Shown: positions 20,673 to 31,101 of the stretch, piece after piece | Position numbering within the stretch: position 1 is the stretch's first letter | Layout of the letters: each line of letters opens with the position of its first letter | NCBI GenBank assembly: GCA_965218095.1 | Contig: OZ244587.1 | Location: forward strand, 1,792,001-1,856,000 | Origin: Candidatus Poribacteria bacterium | Lineage (GTDB): Bacteria > Poribacteria > WGA-4E > PCPOR2b | Reading direction: 5' to 3' | Length of the DNA stretch: 64,000 nucleotides | Notes under the pieces: generated by a model | What the model was told of the DNA's origin: nothing | The model's input: only the letters and a program-made list of their open reading frames with translations | Databases searched by the model: none | Translations under genes and position numbers: made by a program

Positions 20673-22043
20673 CTACAGTTGGCCTGACGACGCGTCCCAG
20701 TTTTCCAGGAGGAATTGGTAAGCCGGGGCCTGGTAACGCTCAAGCAGGAATGCTGACGCGTATTCGGGCAGGTCATCGCCAGTGATGTGAGCCGCCAGCA
20801 ACTCACCCGCCGCCTGAGACCCCATAATCCCGTAGCCGGATAGCGCCCCGATGACATAAGTCCCTTCGATGGGCAGGGGGCCAATTAACGGTCGATTTTC
20901 CGGCGTCTTGCAATAGTACCCACCATCGACATACGTTGCTCTTCCCCGACCAAAATATGCCGACAAACCGGGAATCATCCGGGTGAGGCCACGTATAAGA
21001 ACTTCGGGGTAATAGGAATCAAAAGTCGGCGGCCAGACAGGCTCCTGGGGTGCGCTATCGTACGTCCAAATGACCAAGAGCACGTGGGTGTCCGCGTTCG
21101 TGCGCGGCCGAAAATGGACACCGGCAGGAAACTGACCGAGCAGCCGGCGTGTTTCACCCCGCGCCGCCAGTTTCTCGTGCTCGACTTCGGTCCAGGGTAG
21201 GTAAACTGGGTCGTTCCAAAACATAAGAGACGCCCCGGGTGGCACAATTCCCAGATTATCTCGGAGGGCGATCTTGCCATGCAGTTCATTAAAAACAGGA
21301 AGATCCAACCCTAGCATGGCGCCAACTCGCTTGAGATATGGGCCGGCAGCGATGACGAAGGTGCGGGTGCTGATGTGGTCGCCGGATCGGAGGTAGATGT
21401 GTTGAACCCGGCTGCCGGTGACGGTGACATCTGTCACTCCATCCTGGAGTAAACGAACCCCATGAGTTTGCACCTGATCTAACAACCACCTGCCTAATCG
21501 CTGCGCATCTAGCCACCCACAGCGACGGACGTGCATCGCAGCCACCACATCTTCGGTGACGAAGGGGAACTGCTGTCGGACGAAAGCTCCATCCACCAGC
21601 AGGTCAGCGCCGGTGGGCAGATTGTGAAAGCCTTCAGGCGGAGAAGGGATGTAAGGGGACGGACCCGGGTGCTCTCGGATCGGTCCTGCACCAAGCGCAG
21701 AGATCTCAGCAGCCGCTTGCTTCATGATAGGAATCTGGTGATGCTCGGCCGTTAAGAACACATAACCACGCCGGTTCAATTGGAAAAAATTGTTGGTTTC
21801 TTGAGCCAGTTCTTCCAGCAAGTCAATGGTGCGGTTCATGAAACGCACCATCGCATCGCCGGGACCGGGCCACCAGTTCCGATACGCCTCTGTTCCTTTA
21901 TCACTGGTGAGGGTCAGCGGTGGCCTTTCATCGATCAGTACGATGTCCTTGACCCCTTGCCGGACCGCCAGGTGATATGCGGCGGCAATTCCGGCCATCC
22001 CCGCACCGCAAATGACGACATCCGAATGTTGTTTGGCTGCCAT
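20673..22043 (-). CDS. FAD-dependent oxidoreductase (DAO / sarcosine oxidase beta-like)
   Basis: VVICGAGMAG, GYYCKTPENRPLIGP, SGYGIM. Confidence 0.88.
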   Translation of the reverse strand: MAAKQHSDVVICGAGMAGIAAAYHLAVRQGVKDIVLIDERPPLTLTSDKGTEAYRNWWPGPGDAMVRFMNRTIDLLEELAQETNNFFQLNRRGYVFLTAEHHQIPIMKQAAAEISALGAGPIREHPGPSPYIPSPPEGFHNLPTGADLLVDGAFVRQQFPFVTEDVVAAMHVRRCGWLDAQRLGRWLLDQVQTHGVRLLQDGVTDVTVTGSRVQHIYLRSGDHISTRTFVIAAGPYLKRVGAMLGLDLPVFNELHGKIALRDNLGIVPPGASLMFWNDPVYLPWTEVEHEKLAARGETRRLLGQFPAGVHFRPRTNADTHVLLVIWTYDSAPQEPVWPPTFDSYYPEVLIRGLTRMIPGLSAYFGRGRATYVDGGYYCKTPENRPLIGPLPIEGTYVIGALSGYGIMGSQAAGELLAAHITGDDLPEYASAFLLERYQAPAYQFLLENWDASSGQL

Positions 22044-22391
22044 TGTACTTTCCTCTTCTGTTTGAAAGGTACTTACACCATATTACACCAAAAGATTGGT
22101 GTCATTGGGCAGGCTTGGAAGGATGCTGACGCTGCATAAATGCGCGTCTTTGCGTTTCCGTCAACATTCTCATCAGCCGCTCAAACACGGACACGGGGGC
22201 AAGGATCTTTACACGCTGTTGGTGAAGTGGCTCACTGAAGCGCGCTTTCTGCCGTGCGAGATCGTCCTTTCCGGACGTGATGAGGGTGTGCAACTCTTTT
22301 TAGAGGTTTTCGATCTGGTTTGAATCGGTTGATGTTGTTCGTCCGCATCCTTACAGAATTGTCTCAATCTGTTTCTGCTGAAAATTCGTGA

Positions 22392-22482
22392 GGCTCATGT
22401 TAAGACTTCGTGCAAAGGCAAAATTCACACCAATGATTTCGTGGCTTCTCTAACACTTTTGCACTTTCTTTTGACATGAGCC
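22392..22482 (-). mobile_element. 91-bp GGCTCATG MITE (copy 2)
   Basis: Reverse complement aligns end to end with 12264-12354. Confidence 0.8.
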
Positions 22483-22531
22483 AGAAAAATCAGTCTCCAA
22501 AGGGTTTTCATTTGTTCAGCTCCAGTTATCG

Positions 22532-24178
22532 TCATTTATTCCTTCGTTTGGTCACCCGCTGATCCAATTCCTTCAGGTTGAACCGCACGCTGATGACTGA
22601 GTGTTCCTCGCCCGGTCTGTGGACAATGTAGGTGGTGGCAACGAATGTGCCATCCGGTAGCACCTCCAAGCCCGCGTAGCCGCAGTCTCCGTACTCGTCA
22701 GGCGGAAAGTTGCCGTAGTGCTGCAGCAACAGCACGCGGTACTCACCCTCGCAGCCATTGACGAGATCATCGTAAGTGCCAACCCACGCGACAAAGTTGA
22801 ATTTCGTCGAGCTGGCAAGTGCGGTATCTCGGAAGACAATCACCAGGCGACCATCGGGGGCGTAAGCCAGGTTGTGGCGGTCGCCAGTGACGCCGGCAGC
22901 TGCTTCCCTGCATTCGGACCACGTTTGGCCTTCATCGTCGCTGGTAATCACCATCGCGTTGTACGCCCGCGACTGTTCGCGCATCACCGCCGCGAGTTGC
23001 TTTCCGTCAGGCGAGCGGATGACGCCTGGTTCGTCTGGCAACGCATCTTCGTGCTGAGCAATCAACCGCTGTTTCTCCCACGTCAACCCGCCGTCAGCGG
23101 TGATACTCTGCACGATGACGTGGTCGTCGGGGGTTCTGGTTCCGCGATCGACATATATCGCCAGGTATCGATGCCCCGAGATCGGTATGAGCCTGTTTGG
23201 AACGACGATGCAATGCAAGCCGTGGGGCTTGAATGGCGTCCATGTTTCTCCGTTGTCGAGCGAGACCGACTGTCGCATATCGCCATTGCCTTCTAAAATG
23301 ATCAGGCGTTCTACACTGTCCGGACCAGTGAGGTGGTGAATGCACGGGCAGTTTGTGGCTGTCTTCCAGTTATCGGGTACAGGCAGGCGACCGCTCCAAG
23401 TTAGACCGCCATCGGTGCTCTTTTTCAGCACAGCCGATGGGCCGCCATGCCCAAGGGGATAGGTGCAAAACATGGTCTTGTTGTCGGGCAGCAGCACGGT
23501 GTCTGGATGGCCGAGGTACTGACCCGGTTGCTTGTCCACGACAATCTGTCGGTGTTCTTCGTCGGATATATCGATTGTGGGGATAAAGATGTTGATTGGT
23601 TTAGTCCGATTCCAGTTTAGCGGGATTGTCTGTCCCCGGACAGAAAAATCGTGTATCCGCAGCACACCCTCATAAGAACAGAAGCCGACCTTCCCAAACT
23701 CGCCGCCGAAAAGAAAATGTTTCACCGCTGCCTTGTCAACAAGAACAACGACCCTTTGCCCCTTGCGTACCACCTCAAAGGTGAACGGTATGCCAAGCGT
23801 GACCCAATCGGACAAGATGGACATGTGCTGATGACTGAGGACCTCTCGCGGCCAAAAGCCGCAGGTCAAACGGCGAAAACCGTTGATTCCAGCTTTATTG
23901 GCACCAACCACGAAATTCGGTTGATCGTCGTTGCTTCGGATGGTGAACCTGGCTTTGAGATGAAAATCACCGCCGCCGATTGCGCGACCTCCATACAACA
24001 GGGATTTCTTGTCGTAGATCTCGATGTACTCCGTTTCAAACTCCCAGCCGAGCCCGATTTCCCGAATGAGCCTGGGCGCTCCATCCTGAACGAAGACGGT
24101 TTCGTTTGTCGTATCGCTTGGCTCCTTCCCAAACGTTCCAAAAGTCGATTCAACGAGGGAAGCACCGCTAGTATACAT
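22532..24178 (-). CDS. BNR/Asp-box sialidase-family protein with N-terminal beta-sandwich domain
   Basis: Asp boxes STDGGLTW, SLDNGETW, TADGGLTW, SDDEGQTW; DCGY near the C-terminus; promoter TTGACA-17-TACACT at 24256-24228. Confidence 0.85.
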   Translation of the reverse strand: MYTSGASLVESTFGTFGKEPSDTTNETVFVQDGAPRLIREIGLGWEFETEYIEIYDKKSLLYGGRAIGGGDFHLKARFTIRSNDDQPNFVVGANKAGINGFRRLTCGFWPREVLSHQHMSILSDWVTLGIPFTFEVVRKGQRVVVLVDKAAVKHFLFGGEFGKVGFCSYEGVLRIHDFSVRGQTIPLNWNRTKPINIFIPTIDISDEEHRQIVVDKQPGQYLGHPDTVLLPDNKTMFCTYPLGHGGPSAVLKKSTDGGLTWSGRLPVPDNWKTATNCPCIHHLTGPDSVERLIILEGNGDMRQSVSLDNGETWTPFKPHGLHCIVVPNRLIPISGHRYLAIYVDRGTRTPDDHVIVQSITADGGLTWEKQRLIAQHEDALPDEPGVIRSPDGKQLAAVMREQSRAYNAMVITSDDEGQTWSECREAAAGVTGDRHNLAYAPDGRLVIVFRDTALASSTKFNFVAWVGTYDDLVNGCEGEYRVLLLQHYGNFPPDEYGDCGYAGLEVLPDGTFVATTYIVHRPGEEHSVISVRFNLKELDQRVTKRRNK

Positions 24179-24408
24179 GCTGATTTTCTCCTATTGTATT
24201 CACGAAATGGTATGGGGCACTATAGGGAGTGTATCAAAATATGGGTTGAATGTCAAGGACGATGATATCACTAAATACTTGGGAAGTCCACAATGACAGG
24301 AGAAGCGCGTGAAACGTGACAGGTGATACACCGTGCAGCTCATGGGTGCTGTAGGGGTTTAAGTGTTTTTCAATTACTGATGGTACGTGCACTCCACACT
24401 ATTCGTAA

Positions 24409-25317
24409 TTATCCATAGATCAGGTGCAGGAGGTTAAAGAGAATTATCCCCGCCACAATCAAAACGATAAATGCGAAATAGAAACGGATTGAACTTCCAC
24501 GCGTCCTTCGAGTGGTCATTGCCCCAACCTGCGCACAGATTGTCGATCCAATCAGTAATGGTACAACCAGCCACAGGTCAACGTTGCCTCGTATCGCATG
24601 GGTAACGGTTCCATAAGCGGAAGAGAAGAAAACAATGAGTAGACCTGTGCCAATCGCAGTACGTGTTTCAACGCCATACCCATAGATGAGCAATGGCACA
24701 ACAATTACGCCACCGCCAATTCCAAGCAGACCTGTAAAAATGCCGATGAAGACTGCCGAGTAAGTAACTACAAGGAGTGAGATTCGCTGCACGGTGCTGA
24801 TGGGAAAGGAAACATAGGGTGGGATTGGGATGCGTTGAAGCAAGCCGAGAGGCTCTTTGAGTTTACCCTCTTTTTTGCTGCTGTTGATGACTGACTCGAT
24901 AAGAATCAACCCTGCAATGACGATGAGTACCCCCAGGAAGATCCATTGGAGGTAAAACTGAATAGCTGGAATCAATTGCTTACCGACATTGACTCCACCG
25001 AGTTTGTCCAGCCAGTCGAGCAAGTGCACGCCGATCTCAACACCGACAAAGTTGCCGCCAATAATCATCAATGCCAGCTTTACATCAACATCACCAAATT
25101 GCCAATACCGCGATACCGCAGAGAACGAAGCGCCAGTCGTTTGAGAAAGGATACTTCCGATGCCAATCGGAAAGGGGATGCCGAAGAAGATGTGGAGAAT
25201 TGGTGTGATTAATGCACCGCCACCGATGCCGAAGAACCCGGACAAAAAACCAATGATGCAACCAAGGCCGAGTAACTCAAGGAGATTGGTGGGGATACCG
25301 CTGATGTCAATATTCAT
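24409..25317 (-). CDS. Sulfite exporter TauE/SafE family membrane protein
   Basis: Duplicated GFFGIGGG / GLLGIGGG...P motifs, hydrophobic. Confidence 0.92.
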   Translation of the reverse strand: MNIDISGIPTNLLELLGLGCIIGFLSGFFGIGGGALITPILHIFFGIPFPIGIGSILSQTTGASFSAVSRYWQFGDVDVKLALMIIGGNFVGVEIGVHLLDWLDKLGGVNVGKQLIPAIQFYLQWIFLGVLIVIAGLILIESVINSSKKEGKLKEPLGLLQRIPIPPYVSFPISTVQRISLLVVTYSAVFIGIFTGLLGIGGGVIVVPLLIYGYGVETRTAIGTGLLIVFFSSAYGTVTHAIRGNVDLWLVVPLLIGSTICAQVGAMTTRRTRGSSIRFYFAFIVLIVAGIILFNLLHLIYG

Positions 25318-25779
25318 TTAGCGTGGCGGATTCAGATATGATAATCGATTGGATGGGAGGGGCGTCGTGAACGGTGGGCGCGACGCTGGAAAAAGGTAAA
25401 GATCCAGTTGATGAACGCTCCCCAGCATATTGGAAACAGTAAACAGCCTAAGACAGAGAAAATGGTTTTCATGCAAAACTCCGATTCGGTAAAACATCAA
25501 AATCTGCTAAATAGTATCCATTGATGTTTTTTACACTTTGCAGCAGTTGTGGCGGTTGCTTGAAATGAACAATCGCCAACAAACGGTGTGGTGGCTTGAT
25601 TAGGTCGTCGGACTCAATCGTACTTCCTCGCCCCCTCGTGCCATCCCGATTGCATCAAGGGTAGGTTGCTTTGAATCCCGATCCATCGGGGCTTGGCAGG
25701 TTGTTGAAAGTAAAAAGAATCTGCGTGGGATTATTTAGTCGCGGAAGTCCGCCTACCATTCATTTTTATTGAAAAAATG

Positions 25780-25860
25780 GAACACGGATAACGCAGATTT
25801 GCACGGATTTTGCCAAAGCCTTATCCGCGAAAATCTGTGCAATCCGTGTCATCTGTGTTC
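25780..25860. repeat. Inverted 9-mer-period repeat (ACACGGAT type)
   Basis: GAACACGGAT AACGCAGAT TTGCACGGAT ... ATCCGCGAA AATCTGTGC AATCCGTGT CATCTGTGTTC; related tracts at 17827-17908, 43204-43231, 49211-49240. Confidence 0.75.
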
Positions 25861-26058
25861 TATCATTCTTTAACGGTAGGTCAACTTACGCCGTCGTGTA
25901 CTGGTGTATTCAAGTGTAGCGTAAAGTTGTCGTATTGTAAAGGGAAAAAATGCGATTCGATCGACGCGAGGCAGAGGGAAAATATCAGTTCGAGCAGATT
26001 ATCAGCTTGATGGATATAGGGCAGCGCCTACCCGACACCGTCTGAACAGTTACATCTT

Positions 26059-27108
26059 TCACGACATGGACATTACAACCCCCAACGCCTCATTCGGGAT
26101 TTGGATGAGCTTCTCACACCCATCGGCTGCCCGATCAATGGGAACGACATCCGTAATCAGCGGTTTCACCCTCAGTTTGCCTTCGGACATGAACCGCAGC
26201 ACCAATTCCAGATTTCGTTGAGTTGGCCAGGAAATAAATACCGGCGGATAATGTGCCCCATGTTCGTAGGCTTCGTCGTGATACCCGGGTCCTGTCCGTG
26301 CTGCGCTGATCACGTCTACATTCCCAAGTCCAGCCGCGAATCGGTGCGTAATGGTGGCGCCTCCGACGATGACGATGCGTCCCATCTTATGCGTGTCGGG
26401 AGCCGTCTTGAGCATACTGCGGATCTGACGGAATGCTTCCGTGCCCTCGCCGCCGAAGGCGATGATTCCGCAGTCCACCCCGTATCCATTCGTGAATTCC
26501 TCCGCAATCGGCGCCGGATCGGTTTCTGCCACGTTGATCGCTCCATCCACACCAGCCTCCCGCGCGATCTTCACACGCAAAGGCAAGCGATCTAGTCCCA
26601 TGACATACGCGCCGGCAATTTGCGCGATTTGACAGGCGAGTTGTCCCACCAAGCCAAGGCCCGCCACGACAACATTTTCGCCAATCGCGATTCGTCCACG
26701 CTGCACGGCGTGTAAGGCTGTGGCGGCAAGATGATTGGATGCGGCTTCCTCGTCGCTCACGTTGTCAGGAATCTTTGCGCAGAGATTATACGGCACACAG
26801 GCGTATGTTGTGTGCAGTGCGTATCCACCCCCCATACCCGACACACGGTCGCCAACCTCGAATTCGCCACAATCCCCCTTTTTGTTGATGACGACGCCAG
26901 CGTTGCTATAACCAAAGGGATGTTTCGTCGGATTTGGGCCTGGATTGGCGCGTCGTTCCTTGACTCCACTAAGTTCGGAGCCGGGGCTCACTATTGATGC
27001 GCGAACTTCAGTCAACAACTGTCCCAGCTTGAGTTCAGGGATGGGCTGTTCCTCCGTCCAGATTTCTCCGTTGCTATCCATCACAACAACTTTTCTTGTT
27101 TGGCTCAT
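26059..27108 (-). CDS. MDR-superfamily (Zn-ADH-like) oxidoreductase
   Basis: VSPGSE, GYSNAG, GLGLVGQL. Confidence 0.85.
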   Translation of the reverse strand: MSQTRKVVVMDSNGEIWTEEQPIPELKLGQLLTEVRASIVSPGSELSGVKERRANPGPNPTKHPFGYSNAGVVINKKGDCGEFEVGDRVSGMGGGYALHTTYACVPYNLCAKIPDNVSDEEAASNHLAATALHAVQRGRIAIGENVVVAGLGLVGQLACQIAQIAGAYVMGLDRLPLRVKIAREAGVDGAINVAETDPAPIAEEFTNGYGVDCGIIAFGGEGTEAFRQIRSMLKTAPDTHKMGRIVIVGGATITHRFAAGLGNVDVISAARTGPGYHDEAYEHGAHYPPVFISWPTQRNLELVLRFMSEGKLRVKPLITDVVPIDRAADGCEKLIQIPNEALGVVMSMS

Positions 27109-27214
27109 GATATTCTCCTTATGGGCAGATGGTTCATGAGTTCATAGGTTCGGCAGTGCATGGGCTGATTCTAATCCATCAAATGAAATCCGACAGCCCC
27201 CTACATTTTACGCA

Positions 27215-28606
27215 TCATGTTTCATGTTGCTTGTTCAAAGCAGCAAGCCAACCCCTCGCTTTATCCAGCGTCTCCTGGTATTCGGAAACAGGATCTGAAT
27301 CCGCGACGATGCCGCTGCCAATATGAAAGTAAGCGAGACCGTCTTTCACAATGCAGGTCCGAATAGCGATATTGAGCTCCATACCGCCGTCGAACCCAAG
27401 ATAGCCGATTGCTCCGGTGTATACGCCGCGATTTGTCGGCTCAAGTTCATCAATGAGCTCCATTGCCCGAATCTTCGGCACCCCAGTAATCGAGCCGCCG
27501 GGAAAGCACGATTGCAGGAGCTCTATCCAATCACAGTCCGTCCGGAGTGTTCCCGCGACAGTTGCAACGAGATGGTGTACATTAGAATAACTTTCAAGAG
27601 AGATCAGTTCACGCACATGAACAGACCCAATTTCACAGACACGCCCGAGATCGTTTCGCTCAAGATCTACAATCATCAATAGTTCGGCACGGTCTTTTTC
27701 GCTGTGGAGGAGCGCTGCCGCAAGTTTTCGATCTAACTCCGGTGTCAAACCGCGAGGGCGTGTCCCCTTGATTGGACGGGTTTCGACGGTTCGGCTATCC
27801 GGCCAGAAACGCAGAAAGCGTTCAGGGGAAGCACTGAGGATGTGAAAGTCACCACAGTGGAGGTACGCGCCAAATGGGGCGGGGCTTAACTGACGCAAAC
27901 GGGCGTATAGTTCTGCGGGCGGCAAATCGCTTGAGGTTGATAACCGTTGTGACAGGTTGACCTGATAGATGTCGCCTGATGCGATGTATGCCTTCGCGCG
28001 TTGCACAGTGGAGAGGTAGTCGGCTTCGGAGAAGTTAGATCGAATCGGAGATTTCGTGAAGCGTGAAACGTGAAACGTGAACCCCTCGGAACGAAGTTGT
28101 GAGGGTTGATTTTCAGATTTGAGAATCGAGCGGAGTTTTTCGACCTGTTGTTGATGTCGATTGGCGGAGGCTTCGTCAGCAGGCGATTGACACAAATAGA
28201 CCCGATTGGACAGATGATCGAATGCAACGATGGCATCGTAGAACGCAAAGTAGCAATCGGGGAGATTCAGATCATCATGTGTTGTGGCCGGCAACTCTTC
28301 GATAAAGCAGTGGAGCGGATATCCAAAATATCCAACGCCGCCGCCTGTAAACGGCAGATTCTTGAGAGGCGGAGGAGATTGAAATCGATCCAAAATCTCC
28401 CTGAGTGCATCAAACGGGTTGCCCTTCCACTCCTCAACACGATCACCCCAATCAAGCTGGAGAGAACTGCCTTTGCTGCGAAAAACCAAAAAAGGCTGCG
28501 AGCCGATGAACGAGTAACGCCCAAGCTTTCGGGCATTCATGCCACTGTCGAGGAAAAAACAGTGGGGCTCATCAGCCAACAGCCGAAAGAGGTCAAAAGC
28601 CGTCAA
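27215..28606 (-). CDS. pabB: Aminodeoxychorismate synthase component I
   Basis: FLDSG, GDIYQVNLSQ, SPERFL, RPIKGTRPR, KDRAELLMIVDLERNDL, FPGGSITG; start position uncertain. Confidence 0.9.
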   Translation of the reverse strand: MTAFDLFRLLADEPHCFFLDSGMNARKLGRYSFIGSQPFLVFRSKGSSLQLDWGDRVEEWKGNPFDALREILDRFQSPPPLKNLPFTGGGVGYFGYPLHCFIEELPATTHDDLNLPDCYFAFYDAIVAFDHLSNRVYLCQSPADEASANRHQQQVEKLRSILKSENQPSQLRSEGFTFHVSRFTKSPIRSNFSEADYLSTVQRAKAYIASGDIYQVNLSQRLSTSSDLPPAELYARLRQLSPAPFGAYLHCGDFHILSASPERFLRFWPDSRTVETRPIKGTRPRGLTPELDRKLAAALLHSEKDRAELLMIVDLERNDLGRVCEIGSVHVRELISLESYSNVHHLVATVAGTLRTDCDWIELLQSCFPGGSITGVPKIRAMELIDELEPTNRGVYTGAIGYLGFDGGMELNIAIRTCIVKDGLAYFHIGSGIVADSDPVSEYQETLDKARGWLAALNKQHET

Positions 28607-28707
28607 CTGCGTCTGAATCTCTTCAAGAGTGGAAACAATGCAGGTCGTGATTCAACCCACCTTTCTAAAAATGTAGGCAAATGGAGAAATCAGAGCCAAG
28701 CGCCTTT

Positions 28708-29742
28708 TTAGGGACTATTCCCAAAAAGAAGCATAGTCTCAGTCGGCGCTGCCTCAACCCGGCGACGCGCATACTCGCAGTATTCAGAGTTGATGTCATA
28801 GCCGATAAAATACCGCCCAAGTTTTTTGCAGGCGACGGCTGTGGAACCGGAGCCGATGAAGGGGTCTAGGACGACATCGCCAGTGCATGTGAGAAGGTAC
28901 AAAAACTCCTCAACAACCTTTACAGGATAAATTGCCGGGTGCTTGATTCCTTTAATTGACTCGACGGAGGTTTTGATGACATCCCGTTTGAGCTTGTCGC
29001 CCCGTAATCGAATGATCGTGAAGCCGTTTTTTTCAATCTGAATCTTACGTCCGCCATCTTGTCCGCCGAATGCTTCCGCATGGATGCCACGAATTTTCAT
29101 TCGTAATCCTGCGATTTCACCGCGGTAAAGTTCTCGGATTGCTTCTTCCAAAGCAAGTCGGGCGTTATGTTTTTCGCCCTCAGACAAATCTGATTGATCA
29201 ATCAGATCGAAATACTTCCGCCCCACATTTGCCCCTTGGGTGCGCGATTTTTTGGGAGCGTTCTCGTTTGCCATAAACGCATCGGGATTGTAAAAGTAAT
29301 CTTCTGTTTTGACGAAATGAAAGAACGGCTCGGTGCTGCTGACCAATCGCCGTCGAAACTGGCGTGGTGTTGGATTTTTCTTCACCCAGGTCACGCTGTT
29401 GACCAATTTCACCAATCCGGTTTCCGTCGCCCCAATTGCAAAACGGTACGGCACGAGGAGTAAACTGCTATTTTCATATTTATCTCCTAAATTGAACACG
29501 ATGCTTCCATTATCGCTTACAACGCGCACGCACTCGCGGAACAGACATAACAAGGTCTCAAGATAATCTTCCAGATGTTCCTCGGCGCCTATTCCTCCGC
29601 CGTAGTTACGTTGTTGGAAGTATGGCGGCGATGTGATGACGAACTGAACAGAGCAATCCGGCACCTGTCGAATCAACTCCAGATTGTCGCCACACAAGAT
29701 CTGATCGAGCGGTAGCGCAACTGTGCCGTTGTTGTCTTGCAA
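28708..29742 (-). CDS. Orphan beta-class DNA methyltransferase (N4-C/N6-A)
   Basis: TSPPY motif IV precedes HPAIYP and VLDPFIGSGST motif I; no adjacent REase. Confidence 0.9.
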   Translation of the reverse strand: MQDNNGTVALPLDQILCGDNLELIRQVPDCSVQFVITSPPYFQQRNYGGGIGAEEHLEDYLETLLCLFRECVRVVSDNGSIVFNLGDKYENSSLLLVPYRFAIGATETGLVKLVNSVTWVKKNPTPRQFRRRLVSSTEPFFHFVKTEDYFYNPDAFMANENAPKKSRTQGANVGRKYFDLIDQSDLSEGEKHNARLALEEAIRELYRGEIAGLRMKIRGIHAEAFGGQDGGRKIQIEKNGFTIIRLRGDKLKRDVIKTSVESIKGIKHPAIYPVKVVEEFLYLLTCTGDVVLDPFIGSGSTAVACKKLGRYFIGYDINSEYCEYARRRVEAAPTETMLLFGNSP

Positions 29743-29809
29743 AACGCCTCCTCTTAATTCTTTCCCTACGTCAAGCAGCAGATTCCGTATATCGCCTTAA
29801 ATCAGTAAG

Positions 29810-30175
29810 TTAGTTTGAGTTATGGCTTAAAATCCAAATCGCCTCTCGCATCACTGTTGAATAAAATCTTCGCTGACGCAGTCCATCCCATTCCGCCTGG
29901 GTATAGATTAATAGATCGACCGGGACCGGCAACGCCGCGACATCCCAACTGATACTTCGTCTTTCAAAAGGCAGGTTGGAGTGTTTGACGATGACGATGA
30001 GATCGAGGTCGCTTCCTACCCCCCAATCCCCTCGCGCGTAAGAACCAAAGTAGCCAATGCGCAACACATCTTTTCGGTGTTGACCGATGTCTTCTGCCCA
30101 ACGACGCACCGCTCTGTCAACGGTTTGTGCATCAGGCCACTTGAGCACGGATGAACTCAATAATCTCACGGGCAT
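29810..30175 (-). CDS. Minimal nucleotidyltransferase (MNT) domain protein
   Basis: YFGSYARGDWGVGSDLDL, PVDLLIYT. Confidence 0.88.
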   Translation of the reverse strand: MPVRLLSSSVLKWPDAQTVDRAVRRWAEDIGQHRKDVLRIGYFGSYARGDWGVGSDLDLIVIVKHSNLPFERRSISWDVAALPVPVDLLIYTQAEWDGLRQRRFYSTVMREAIWILSHNSN

Positions 30176-30521
30176 ACCGAATAGCCTCCCCACTTTGCAG
30201 TGGACCGTAGTGCTCAAAAGGGGCGCCTGCCGAATGACTATTCGGATAACGGGATGGAATGTAGAAGTTATCCAAAACGCGCCCCTTCTCTACCAATTGC
30301 GCTGGCACATCAATAGTTTTCGGTAACTCCTCAAGGAGCCGAGCGATGACATGGCCCCACGCCTCCTGCCCCGAGTTCAGGTGCAAGGCTTTTACCGCTT
30401 TCTCCGCCGCTTGTTGCGCAGCGAAACATGCCCACTCATGTCGTTGGGCATGACGAGAGTCCACCGCTTGCTCCAAATCTCTGTCTGCTTGTTTCAGCCA
30501 ATCACGCGCACGATTTGGCAT
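30132..30521 (-). CDS. HEPN domain protein (HEPN-MNT pair)
   Basis: WLKQADRDL, ACFAAQQAAEKAVKA, WGH, YIPSRYP. Confidence 0.9.
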   Translation of the reverse strand: MPNRARDWLKQADRDLEQAVDSRHAQRHEWACFAAQQAAEKAVKALHLNSGQEAWGHVIARLLEELPKTIDVPAQLVEKGRVLDNFYIPSRYPNSHSAGAPFEHYGPLQSGEAIRYAREIIEFIRAQVA

Positions 30522-31101
30522 TCTCAGCCCCTTCCCATACGTAAAATGATAGAACCGTATCCCCATAATGTTCTTGGCGATTTAAGGCGAGCTCGCCTAG
30601 CATCGCAGGCATGGGATCATTTGCTTTTTTGACCTTCCGATGTTCCATGACAAGCAATCCGGTTGGAGAAAGTAGGCGCACTTCAACGATCTGCGCCAGA
30701 CAGGATTTGTGGATTCCAGAGACGTAAGGCGGATCAAAATAAATCAGATCGAACACCGCCTTGCGCCTGCCAAGCCGGGCAAGCGCCCTCCGTGCGTCAA
30801 GGTTGAGAAGCTGCACCTGTGGATGCTTGCGGTAAAACCCGCACAGTTCAAGATTGGACTCGATAATACCGATACGGTGATGATTGCTATCAATAAAGGT
30901 TGCGGACTTCGCTCCCCGGCTTAACGCTTCAAGACCGATACTTCCAGTACCTGCGCAGAGATCGAGAAAATCGGCGTCAATAACCCGTGCGCCAAGGATA
31001 CGGAACATTGCCTCTTTCACGCGGTCAGAAGTCGGGCGCACTGCTGAACCTTTGAACTGTTTTAAGCGTCTACTTTTGAATTTTCCGGCAACGATTCTCA
31101 T
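30502..31101 (-). CDS. rsmD: 16S rRNA (guanine966-N2)-methyltransferase
   Basis: MRIVAG, RPTSDRVKEA, LDLCAGTGSIGLEALSRGA, DPPY; promoter TTGACG-17-TATAAT at 31177-31149. Confidence 0.93.
   Translation of the reverse strand: MRIVAGKFKSRRLKQFKGSAVRPTSDRVKEAMFRILGARVIDADFLDLCAGTGSIGLEALSRGAKSATFIDSNHHRIGIIESNLELCGFYRKHPQVQLLNLDARRALARLGRRKAVFDLIYFDPPYVSGIHKSCLAQIVEVRLLSPTGLLVMEHRKVKKANDPMPAMLGELALNRQEHYGDTVLSFYVWEGAENAKSCA

Noticed and set aside
25318-25500. Leader or arrest peptide ORF ending LNPPR abutting tauE
   Set aside because: No convincing start or RBS, and upstream frames are interrupted; cannot be supported, though it may be a decayed gene
25780-25860. CRISPR array suggested by short periodic repeats
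   Set aside because: Units are 7-9 nt, tandem and degenerate, with no unique spacers and no cas genes
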